From: Balanoglossus misakiensis
Taxonomy: Eukaryota > Animalia > Hemichordata
Assembly: GCA_040954595.2 (NCBI GenBank)
Contig: CM082586.2
Span: forward strand, 4,285,125 to 4,349,124
Length of the DNA: 64,000 bases
Direction of reading: 5' to 3'
Part shown: piece by piece, positions 1 through 12,074 of the stretch
Position numbering within the stretch: position 1 is the stretch's first letter
How the letters are laid out: the number at the start of each line of letters is the position of its first letter
Notes under the pieces: model-generated
What the model was told of the DNA's origin: nothing
Database searches by the model: none
Seen by the model: only the letters and a program-made list of their open reading frames with translations
Translations under genes and position numbers: made by a program

Positions 1-153
1 AGATCAACGTTTAGTTTGCAATATACCACAGGGGTGAGAGTACATAGAAAGAACTGCCAGAGTGACCATTCCCAGGGAAGACAGCAGCACTCCAAGTATT
101 GCCAATACCCCCTCCCCAATACTTGTGTATCCGAAACTTTTGGGCTACATCTT

Positions 154-3100
154 CTATGATGCCCCACCTGCGAGCACTTTCTTCTGGCGCACTTTTCTCG
201 GAATGGGTACCGACAACTCGTTTATCCGCGGAGTCGGTCTTGCGTTTCTCGCAGCTGGTGTGACTTTATACGGGTCGTAGCTGTCGTTCTTCCCCCGACT
301 CTTCGGACGAGCGAGTTGCTGCAGTCGGATCGTGGCCAGGGCCTTCATGGCCGGCTCGGCCACCGGCCACTGGATGGGCTTCTCCGGCTGGAAGTACGCG
401 TGCGTGGTCTTGGCCTCGGCGAGCGCCTCCAGCCTCGCGCTTCCCCCCGCCTTCTTGGCCGCCTCCGAGATCTCCTGCTGCCACTCGTCCACGTCCCACT
501 CGCGGCTCGGTTTGATCTTCAGGGGCGCGTAGACTTTCGGCAGCGCGAGGTGCGTCACCCGGTCCGAGGCCTCGGCGCTCCTGGCACCGGCACTGACCTG
601 GGTGTGAACTGGACGTTCCACTTGGTATTCCCGGTGCAGCTTTTTGTGTTCACTTAGAGTTTCAACGCGCTCCGAGGCAGAGCCCTTCTGCGCTGATTTA
701 CTCACTGGCCATATTGGTGACGGTCTGCCAAAAATCAATTTGTAGATTTTTAAAATGTTGGTAATAAAATAATTACTTATTGCTCTAAGTGAAAATACAG
801 TATTATATTTAAATATGTTATTTTGTATAATACTCTTACCTATCACCAATATAAAGCTTGGATACATATTTGGAATTGGATAATTCGGCCTGTCTTGGTG
901 TCATTGCTGAAATTAAAATTAAAATACATTAAAAATATTTTATACATTTCTCGACAAAAATGAATGACCTCTACACATGGAGGTCCCACTGTTCAAAGTT
1001 GAAGTGTGTGTGTTCTGCCTGTAGTCTGTCATTAAATTTGATGTGCTTCAGTGAATGACCAAAAGATTTTCTCATAATGGGTGTACATGTACTGGAGTTG
1101 TTGACATTGTTAACGAACAAAAAGACCCTCGCTGAACTTGATGTCCTGTTTCTGGTGGTGGATACCAACACTCCTTCGTACATTATTAACTTTCCCACAA
1201 CAATTCTACAAAGCCTCCCTGGGCCTTTGTGGGCGATTTTAATACTAGTATATTACAACAGGCTGGACATCACAATAGTTCCCATCAACATAATAGACCA
1301 GAGTGTGTGTACAATGGAGTTTTTCGTTTGAGGCACAGCCACACACTGTGTGGAATTTGGTTTAATGGAGTTCAGATTGTTGAGTAGTACTACTCAATAC
1401 CTGGGGGACCAGTCGTGTAACGCACTGCAGAGTTGTGTGTTTTTCTCTTCATGTGACTTGCATGGTTGTGTTTAAAACACAAGATCAAAACCCTTCTTAA
1501 CAGCAAATGGATGAGAAACATCAAAATGTTGATGTTACATACAATACTTGTGTATGTGGATGACCCCAATTGTGTGTTTATCACATGGAAATCAACAGGT
1601 GTCCATATCCGAAAGATCAGCACATATACTAATAGAATTAGGGCGTGCAATTGAAATAAATTTCAGGTACTCTTTGCGTGAGTAACTGTTGTCCATGCCT
1701 ATCTGTCCCAATAGTTTACCTTTAAATATCTTGGAAGTTTGGTTTTATACCTACATTCTGCAACCGCAAATCAATAAATCGTTGGCTGGTTATTTTCAGA
1801 GCAACAACCTAAACACTGAATATTTTTTCCTGCTTGTAATTGTAAACAACAACTGCGCTGTTGTATTCTCTTGCACTATAACCCTATTCAACATGGTGCC
1901 ATAAAACACTTGTTTATACACTGCAGGTACAATTTACAGACTGCGTTTAAACCTTATCATATCGATTTATAACGACCTCTTGAAAAAGGTCAACCCAGGT
2001 TGAAACCCAACCCAGGAATTCACACTAGACCAAAACAAACACTTGGATAAACAATTAACAGACAAATAAAACATCTCAACCTGAATTATTTAGTCTGTAA
2101 GGTCACCTATGACATAGATCAAAGTCTCTTTTAATTGATTTCTCCTATGTAAGTTTTCCACGCTGAATTAATGAGCTGTGTTCAACTATCTTACAAGATA
2201 CAGTATTCTCCTAACTGCTGGTGAACTTGTACTTTGAATCTGAGAAATTCGAAACCAACTCTATTCTATTGATTTACCTTCAGAACTATTGTAAATCGTT
2301 TTACCTCTACTGACACAAATTGACATACCATTAACCCATATAAGTGCACCCCGACTTTGGAATTCTGAACAATACAGTATTGTGACGATGATTCACACAC
2401 AGGATTTTAACTGCTTAGAGAATAAATTGTCAGCGTTTGAAAATTACACATTATTATTGTATTTTTACTCTCAGTAAATGCTTGGGAACAAAAGAAGAAA
2501 TAAATTCTCCTGCGCAGTTTACAAGCACGTACATGTAACTATCCTGTAGGTCATTCTGTTTTACGAGATTCTGTCTGTTTTGTTCACCCGATAGCTTTAA
2601 ATCATTTGGCTTTTGTGAAACACCTGATCGACGGATATGTTTGCGTCACACGCAAGTTGCTTGTCTGTTTATGTGACGACTAAGGATACAACCTTCCATC
2701 GGAAGCCATGTTTAATTCCTGTATGACCTGATGTAGTAGTAGAGAAAGTAGTGACATGCTTGACAATGTTAATCTGTTGGCAACTTAACACCCATGAGTA
2801 ACAGGATTGCAGACACATATGCCTGTAGCAAACATTTTTTTTTGCTTATTTGAAGGGGAAAACACCTGGTGTGTCTTTTTTTTCTTGAAGTGCATTGTCA
2901 GTAACCCTGGTCTGTTGAACAGTGGCCACTAAATAGACATAATGACTCGATTATTCACCTTTCCCACACAATGCCAGATGCCAGAGAATAGCAACTGCAA
3001 CCAACCTATACTGGCTACTTGGCATTCACTCATTCATTCATGCTGATACAAAAAAGCCAAGTGCGTTTTGGAATGCAATTCTTTGATTCCTTCAACCCTC

Positions 3101-4982
3101 ATGGTGTTATTGTCTGCGGGGCTCAATGCACCGGCCAATTGGCTTTTGTTGACCGGTGATGTAACATTTCACACTCGCCTACCCTTTCCATGGCAGCCAT
3201 TAGGGTTTAGCCCTGTTGCTAGGATATATATTGCAGCCATTTTGGATTTGCTGTGTTGCTAGGACCAGACTAGTCTATAGACAAGGAGGGATTATTAAAT
3301 TGATCCACAGAAAATAACAAAAATATGAAAACCACCCCCGAAAACTAGACATGTCTTTGAAAGTAATACTTGAAGAAAATGAGTCGCGTTAGGAAATGTC
3401 TAAATTCCTGCCAATATGTTAAATAATCTGATCTGATACCTCAGTGTCTGTCCACCATACATGCTATGGGTCCCCTTTTTGTAACATACCATGTTTGTTC
3501 AAGACTGTCTCAAGTAAATAATGTCTGAGTGAGACAGTAAACAAATGTACATTTGTCACATCCAGATGAAAATAAAATATGCTTTTACTATAATCCTCAT
3601 TTGGTCATTTTACCTTCAAATTTTACAGCCACTATAACAAAAACTAGATCATAAACATTTAAACATATGCTGAAACCCTATTAAATGAAAACAAAGGATT
3701 CTTCCATTGTATGTTTTTTGTAACCTTATTGGTATTCACTGTGCATAGCATGTGTCTAGCCAATTCACAGTGTATCCAAACTGAAACCTTTTCACAGCCA
3801 AATACACAATCTTTCTTGGTTCATTTATTTTATTTTCATTTTTTTTCTGGCAAAATAGGACAATTTTGCTCAAAATTATAATGAAAGAGATACTGTTTAA
3901 AATGAGAGATATCTTGACTGTAGGCTCAACGTGGTGTACAATGTTACCATAGCAACGATATGAGCAGACAGTTTTTGCACTCACCAAATGATGTTGTTCC
4001 ACCATTGTTTTGCAATGGGGGTCTGTCCAACCAATATACGGATCGTCTAAAATTAACAAAAATAAAAACATATATTTGACAATTTAGAAAAAAATACATT
4101 GTATATTATGAAGACAATGTGGAAAAATACAAATTCTAAAATAAATGAATGAACACTACCACAATAATATATGTAGCAATTTGACTTAATCTAGAAAAAT
4201 ATCATCTCCATATTTACATGTACAAAAAGGCAATTAATGTTGGAAAATGGAGAGTTCAGTACACATCACAAACTCATTAAACAGTGCTAATCATCACAGT
4301 TCATTTGGTTCCAGACAATTATTACTATCTTTTTGTTACAGTATATACCTTGAGCAAAACCATTGCCATAGCAACATTAACAATGTCTCCCCCACAGCAT
4401 GTTGCTATGTCAACCATTTAGTTCATAAAGTTGTGTACACACTGATATTAAATGGAGTACTATGAGTGTACTCAGATATAAATTCAAACATCATTGATGG
4501 ATTAATTCAACAATGTTACATAATCCCACAAGTCCCACACAGATACAGATCAAATTTTATCTTAATGTCACCATAGATCAACAGAAAAATAAGTAGCTGT
4601 GATAGACAGTGCTAATATTAAGTCTTAGATCTTTATTCTGCTATGTTTCAACAACGCACAAGTTGTTTTTCATTCGGACAGTCTCTGAAACAAGTGATGG
4701 ATTTGAAATAACGAAATGTCAGATAGAGGAGGTTATAGTTTGACAAAACTTCACACTGCGAGTCATAAAAGAACTGATGAAATATACACGCTGACTTGCA
4801 CTTTACGTACCTGTCCTCCCGAAAGGTTGGCGGGAGTTGTTTGGGTCTTGCCAGGACGTCGATCCTTCGACCGTTCGCTGCAAGTAAATCATAAACAATG
4901 CAGTGAGAAAAGCGCAAACACGGCGTACATTGAACAGACGAGCAAACGAGGGACGGTACCTACATTCTGTGGCTGTAGCCAT
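154..4982 (-). CDS. THEG: THEG (testicular haploid expressed gene)-family protein, ~261 aa; coding exons 4982-4964, 4877-4811, 4046-3985, 906-840, 724-154
   Basis: Five GT-AG exons join in phase (786 nt): MATATE|SNGRRIDVLARPKQLPPTFREDR|RSVYWLDR...|AMTPRQAELS...GDR|PSPIWPVS...; repeated R-x-x-x-LA-x-PK motifs typical of THEG repeats; probable 5'UTR exon donor at ~5391. Confidence 0.8.
3943..4414. promoter_or_regulatory. Cluster of RFX X-box-like motifs in THEG introns
   Basis: GTTACCATAGCAAC (3943-3956), ATTGCCATAGCAAC (4362-4375), GTTGCTATGTCAAC (4401-4414); GTTGCTAGG half-sites at ~3215 and ~3255. Confidence 0.55.
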
Positions 4983-6664
4983 GTCTGAATACAGTAATTC
5001 ATTACATGCACGAAGCCTTTTGTTTGACTTTGACTGTGTCGTCAGGGAGGTTGCTACGTACGCTCTAGTATTCGCTTCCGCATTCCATTGTCTAAGTTAT
5101 GAATATTCAATGACCTGTTGAATAAAACATGTACCGTTTCCTCGGGTTTGGGTCATCACTGATAATTGTATTCTTCACTGCTTTCCTCGTCAAACAAAAT
5201 ATATATTTCAATATTTGAAGCGTTCGTTCTCGCAATATTTCGAGCGCAAAAGACGCCAGGCCAAGACCAGAGACACGTGAAATAGCTACAGGTGTCTGGT
5301 GTCTTAAGAACTCTGATTGGCTGTTATCGAGCAGTACTTAACTTTTTACCCAATAAGAACATGATTTATTTGAGTAGCAGACGATACTCACCTCAGTTCA
5401 AAGAGGGCGCTCGTAGATGTACATCTTCTTGACCTCAAGGTCACGAAGTTCCAACATAAACGACAGCGAAACTCAACAAGGTTGAACTTTACAGACAGTC
5501 GGCATGCGATTATAAAGCAGGAAGCGATAAGGGCCGGCGCGTGTAAGAACGGTGAGTCTGCTTTCGGAAGTATTGCCTTCTAGTAACCGTGCCTGGCTGA
5601 ACTTTTTCCACAAGGCGTCGGGGGGGGGGGGGGAGGGGGGGGGGGTGTGTGTGCAAAAGAATGTCATGACAACACACACCAACTCTGCCACGTAAGCCCT
5701 TGTCTGTTGATGCAGTTTTGTAGCCCCACAACTCCCCTGGACGATTTTTGTGTTGGACGGGGAAGTGGGGGTAAGCCCAACCCATCCTTATAACCCTTTC
5801 ACCACCATGGTTTGGTCCGTATCCATTTATTTCCTATGGTAAACTTGGACCTCTGCAAATGGAACTGGGGGGGGGGGGGGTTCAAATGTTAAAGTTAGAC
5901 AACACAACTGTGACAATGGTGGACAGTTTTTAATAGGTTATCCCAATATCCAGCAGTTGTCTTTGCAGGGATGTGATCATGTAACAGCTTGGAATTAAGC
6001 TGTTTCCGAAAGCAGAGAATTATAAGTAATACAATGTAAATGAGACAGAAATGAGAATCCACATTTTAAATGCTATCACAGCTGTGAATAATATTTGCTG
6101 AAGTCAATCTGAGAGCACACTCAAATCACTCATTAATGCTAAATTTAAACAATCACATTTACGCAAACTTATTATAGTTTGAAAGTAAATGCAAAACAAT
6201 TATTTTATACAGTGCCATTTTTTTGTTTTGAATTGTGTGGTTTTCCCCTGTCATTTTCATAATCAAATCTTGTTCTGTCTCATTTCAATGTCAAAGGTGG
6301 ATTGTCAAAGGTGGATTGTCGGATACATGAATGACAATGTGAACAAGTGAACTGTGATGCAACAGGCGGGCGCGACTGTTCCATGACCTATGACCTATGC
6401 AGATAACACGAGTATTAGTACTACACGCTGATCACAGGTAATTATGGTAAACAGCTGGAACTGGTGATTGGCACGCAGCTAGCCACATCACACAACTTTC
6501 CCCGACTAGCTCTGGACGACAGTCGCAGTCTGGCTGGATCGCTGTGTGCTGTGGTGTGCAACAGGGGCAGGTGATAAGATTTGCTGAAAAGCACCAGTGA
6601 CATTGACGTCAGAACATGCTGTCACGAAGTTGACAGTTGCCAGATTTGCTTGATAACCGACATT

Positions 6665-9600
6665 ATGGCTGACAGTGCCAGCTATAAAGAGACTCTGGAC
6701 AAGTTCCAGGTGTGGGCCAATAATCAGCATTTGCCACAGTTGAACTTCTCAGACACAACAACCTTGGCTGCGGGCCTACCTGGCCACCACCATGGTTACA
6801 AGACCCCGACTTTGGGACAGTTGACTCTATTTCTACTGTGGCTGACGGCGATAGTCCTGTGGTTACTGCGAGTGCCTTTCCGGAAGAAACTCTGGAATAA
6901 GGCAGACGCCGACCAGGACGTCGAAGCTCAAGCCAACGGTCCGGTTAAACTCAAAAGCGATTCGCAAAACGACGAAACGGTGATTCCGGAGAAAGGGACG
7001 CAGACCGCGCTGAACGGAGACGTTCTGGAGAAGATCGAGAATGGAGATGCCGTGAACGCAAAGACTCCAGACGGAATATTGAAAGAGAAAGAAAAGGACA
7101 AAACTAACGGAAGCAATAATGACAAAAACAATAAAGAAAGGCAAACATTTACTAAATTTAAACCGCCACCATCCCTGGACAATTTTCTCTACTATGTGGT
7201 CATATTTGGAGGAATCATGTTTTATTTTTACCTATGTGACTACCAGCACATATTCCCGGCAGGAGAGCGGATCTATTCCCGGGATTTATTTCTGTTCCTG
7301 CTGCTGATACTCTTCCTGGTGACGACCGGATTTACGATCAAATCCACGGAGGACAAACTGATCAACAGGTAAATGAGAATTGTGGCGCACTGATGCGGAC
7401 ACCGATTTGTCTGCATGGAAACATCCAAGAAATTTTATAACTGGTATCTAACACGTGGCAAGTATTTTTATTCATGTCGTAAAATATTTAAGGGACAGAG
7501 GAAGCTACTTTTAAAAGTTTGTTTGGCATAATAATAATTATTTCAGATATGCTGGTCTAAAAAGAATACTAGGTATTTTAGCATGCTGTAGGAAGAAAAC
7601 TAGAAATTTGATACATACGAAAAGTTACATACAGATAATGTTCTTTAGTGTTTTAAAATATATAAATAAGGTTATTTCAGATTTTTTGTGTGCTTAGTTT
7701 GTGTCTTGATTCAAAATTGAAATTCAATTTAACTTCTATTTATTTTGCATTTTTTTTCATAACTTACAGAGATCAGACAGAAGAATGGCGAGGTTGGATG
7801 CAAGTCATGTTTGTGTGGTATCACTATTTTGCGGCCAAAGAAACCTATAATTACATCCGAATATTCATAGCTTGCTATGTGTGGATGACCGGGTTTGGTA
7901 AGTCCATAAAATTGCCCGATAATGAAATATATCTCTGGTAATATTCAGTAGTAAAAACTGTCAACCGAATTTTCCAATTGGTGCCGCATATTGCCTTACT
8001 GACTTTTGCTTTGCTAGAAATGACTGCAGTATGACAAACCTTTTAACCTTCAGTGTTTTGAGATTTAGTTCAACAACCATTCACATTTGAATGCATTTAA
8101 TATCAATTACACACATGGGAAGAGAATCATTAAACTTCTATCAGAACATTTGAAAACCTTACTAAATCATATTTTATGAAAGGTTTTATCGAAAAAGGTC
8201 GGTCGAAGATTCATTGATCCGTCATCATGAGAATTGTGGGCATCCCCTAAGCCACTTTAGCACAAAATGTTACAAATCATAGAATTTGAAAACATCTGTT
8301 ACACTGTTCACGGGACCATCACCAAAAGAAAGGAAAATGTATATTTGCAGTAATCTGAACTGCCCACTTTCAAACTGCCAACCTCAGGCATTTTTTACAG
8401 ATATAATAAGTCTATTGAAATTGGGGATGTTTTAAATTTGGTACTCGGCCATAGAGCTGAAAAATACCATACAATACAAATGTCTATTTTTAAAAACCTA
8501 AACATACATAATGAATTTTTGCTTTTGTGTTGATTAGTGTGGTGTGCATTGTTATAGTTGAATACAAGTTGTTACATGCCTTAATGTGATGCAGAGTTAA
8601 TACAGGAAGCTGAGATTGGTACTTGATTGCCGTCTTTGCTTTTGTTGACTGTGTGATTACCATGCAGTAAATTTTCCTGTCTGGTCTCTCTAATCATTTT
8701 ATGGCCATTCTCTGTGGATGATAAAATCTAGGAGTTTGTCTATCACAGTAAGCAAATAAATCATTTTTCCCTATCTTCTCTTTTGCATTTAATTTCAGGC
8801 AACTTTTCATTCTTTTGGATTCGCAAAGATTTCAGCATCTGGAGAATGCTGAAGATGTTATGGCGGCTGAATTTCCTGGTGGTCATCGTTGCCGTAGTAA
8901 CCAACAACCAGTACATGATGTACTACATCTGTGCTATGCACACGTACTGGTTCTTCACGGTGTACGCTTTCATGCGAATCCTCAACTCCTGGAACACGGA
9001 CCCCAAGAAGATGGCCGTCAAGTTTGCCGCGTATTTCGTCATTAACTTGATCATTTTCGACGTTCCTGGGGTCGGAAAAGTGGTCTTCTGGCCGTTTATG
9101 TTCGTGCTATCGTACCAGGGGTCGTCGCATGAGTGGCTGTTCAGAGCGGGGCTCGACCATTACGCGACAATAATCGGAATGCTCTGCGCGTACAACTATC
9201 CACGCTACGAGAAGTTCATCAAATGGCTGGAGAAGAAGGACGACCCGAACCACTACAAGCTGGGCCTCGTCATCAAGCTGATCATCGGAGTAGCGTTCGG
9301 CGTGGCGCTGTTCGTCTGGCACTGGTCCGTCATGGGGAAGGAGAAGTACAGCTACAACCGCGTCCACCCCTACACCTCCTTCATCCCCATCCTGGCGTTC
9401 GTCTACTTCCGCAACCTCTTCCCGGCGCTGCGCTCCCGCTACCTCCACCTGCTGGCCTGGCTGGGCAAGATCACGCTGGAGACGTACATCTCGCAGCTGC
9501 ACGTGTACATGCAGAGCGGCGCCAAGGAGCTGATCGTCTACATCCCCGGCTACCCGCTCGTCAACTTCGCGCTGGCCACCGCCGTCTACATCTGCATCGC

Positions 9601-9751
9601 CTACTGGCTCTTCCAGATGACCACCGAGTTCAGCGCCTTTCTGCTGCCGCAAGACATGAAGAAAGTGGGAATCAATTTCATCATCGCGGTCGTCTTATGT
9701 GGTTTCTACGCAGTGCTGGGGCTGTGTCTGCGAGAGTTGAAAATCTTTTGA
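6665..9751 (+). CDS. Cas1p-domain (Cas1_AcylT) multi-pass O-acetyltransferase, RWA/CASD1 family, ~594 aa; exons 6665-7368, 7770-7897, 8799-9751
   Basis: GT-AG exons join in frame (1785 nt); motifs [76 protein letters not shown]; many hydrophobic helices; AATAAA at ~9897. Confidence 0.88.
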
Positions 9752-10086
9752 TGATTTGTCTATTTAGTAATTTCATTCCTTATCTGATACAGAAATTTAA
9801 GATATTTGTTCAATCAGTGATCATGGACAAGTGTGAATTTTAGTTCCCAACTTTTCTTTTCCTAATACTTTACAGGGTTCCTTTATCTGTTATCAGTAAT
9901 AAAATCTAAACCTTATAACAGTATGGATGACGTGTTGTTTTCTGTTTTTAAGACTTGTGGATATGGGAGTGATTGCAATGTTTCAATCTTGTGTTTCACC
10001 AACATGGTATGTTTGTCTTCTGATTTGCTCAAAGTTTTGGGTACTCATTTTTGGTGAAAATGTTCCATAAGAGGTCTGGGGGCAGT

Positions 10087-10186
10087 CTTCATACACAGAT
10101 TGTAGCACAGATAATTCTAACCTAGCTAGGGGGTCTGACTAGCGGCCAGTCCTCCTAGCTAGGTGAGCTACGATCCCTGTATGGAG
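10087..10186. repeat. Imperfect ~100 bp palindrome (foldback/MITE-like)
   Basis: cttcatacacagattgtagc...cctagctagggggtctgac pairs with gccagtcctcctagctaggtgagctacgatccctgtatggag. Confidence 0.65.
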
Positions 10187-12074
10187 AACGGTCTTGGGAT
10201 GGAGCAATCTGATTAAAATCAGATGTAGGGAACGGCGACGTGGTTTTTTCAATGGGCCTTCAAAAAATAAATCTCACCAAAAAAATGTTGTGTAAATTCG
10301 TGTGGTGTTCTATGTTTTTATTCCCCGTCATCACATGTACATGTCAACAACAAAAATTGGCCAATTGCACATCGCTAACAAAATAGCAACAACAAAAAAA
10401 GAAACAGAAATGGGTCCTCCCTCTTTGAGGTGAAATAAGTTACACAGAGCACAGAAGCAAGGTATGTGAACTACAGAGTAGTGGGGCATACAGACCAGCG
10501 TTTGTCACAATGATAAAGTACAATTTTTTTGAAGATTTGTGATAAGATTTTAATGGTACAATCAAGCAAGCGGAGGGGGGGGGGGGGGGTCAGTGTGTTG
10601 TATTGTTACATCACCTGGGTCACTCAGTGTTCACTGTATGTACTGTGCGTGTCCATATGACACTGGCACACAAATACAGTTTTCTGTATACCTGTCTTTT
10701 CTCTTCCATTTCACAAGTACCAAATGGGACTGACTTCCAAATCCCATCCAAGCCCCACATTGCCTTGGGACCACGGGGTGGGAATCACTCTACCGACATC
10801 TACCCTACATGGACCAGTGCTGAGGTACAGCATGTACTCAATTTCAAGTGTTGTAGACGTCAATTTATACATGGAAGAGCCACACAGAGGCCCAAAAATA
10901 CTGTCAAACTCTTGTGATATCTTGGCATAATTTCCAATGTATGACCGGTCGACTTATTGCACCAAAGGTTTCTTATTCACCGTTATCACAAAATTCCAGT
11001 ATCATTCCATGAACTGTTTGTTGTTGACACACACACACTTCACCCCGGAATAAAACAAGGCTGACATGGCCCCAGGAACCAGAACATCTAGTCCTGGTAT
11101 TTTGAGAGAAGAACTACACACACTTTGCCTTTGTTGTAAGTTTTCTGGGCGTTCTCTGTTGTATACTAAATAAAATTTGCCCGTAGGGGCTGATTAAAAA
11201 TAAGCACCTCGAATAAAAAGATTAGGTAGTAAAACAGAGAATTCTTGATGTGGGCATGTGCAATAAATTTTCTTTGCCATGACTGTGTACTCTTCGTGTA
11301 GCATGGTTGGACAGAGTCTATGTACCTAAGCATGCGGAGAGAAGCGTTAAGCATTAAAATATTTTTCAGTCCATCCATGGGACTGTTTTAAGACCAGGTA
11401 TTTTCCCCATAACTGCGATAATGGGGCAGTGTGAATTTTCCATCGAGTGCACCCAAAATGAGCCACAAGCCACTTGTATTAGTCAATCGTGTGCATGTCC
11501 CGTTTCGTGGAGACTTATCAAAACGTGCTTGCTCAAAATTGTACGAGAAGTGAAGGTGTGTGGCTTGGAACTCCGGGCGCTGCATACCAGTTGCCACTGT
11601 GACACCCCCTGTCAACCCGAGTGCATGTGTGTGACGCACACCACCCTGGGACAGTGATACACACACCCCTAACCTCTTGCTGGATGTCCGCTGGTCTGCA
11701 AACAGCAAAAGAAACAAAAAACATAACAGAAAGTGCACAAACTGTACATAACTGTGTCATGCCTTCTGAAGACCTGTATATTTCACATCCATAAAAAAAC
11801 CCAGAAAATCACACAATTTTTCTTAATATCATCCGCTGTCATAATTGGTCAGAGTAACGATAAGTACTTTCTCTTGATTGGTTGTAAAAAACGATCACAT
11901 AATTTTTCAACTTTTCTTTTTCTTGATTCAGTTTATCCTAAGAAAACTCTTGACTTGCGATTATTAAATTTTCAGCGTCGCCGCCTCTTTGAGTTCTTCC
12001 GAGTTGAAATCTCAGAAATCCAAAATGCTTCGGCGTCCCGACATAACTGGCCTCACAATGGTAAAAAAAAGAAA

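Noticed and set aside
154-867. 237-aa ORF as a single-exon gene
   Set aside because: The portion 725-839 is an AT-rich intron with clear splice sites; the real frame splices at 724/840
971-1198. Minus-strand ORF in the THEG long intron as an alternative exon
   Set aside because: No convincing splice sites or homology that I can support
9107-9843. 181-aa antisense and 236-aa alternate-frame ORFs
   Set aside because: By-products of high GC3 in the acetyltransferase exon; no recognisable motifs
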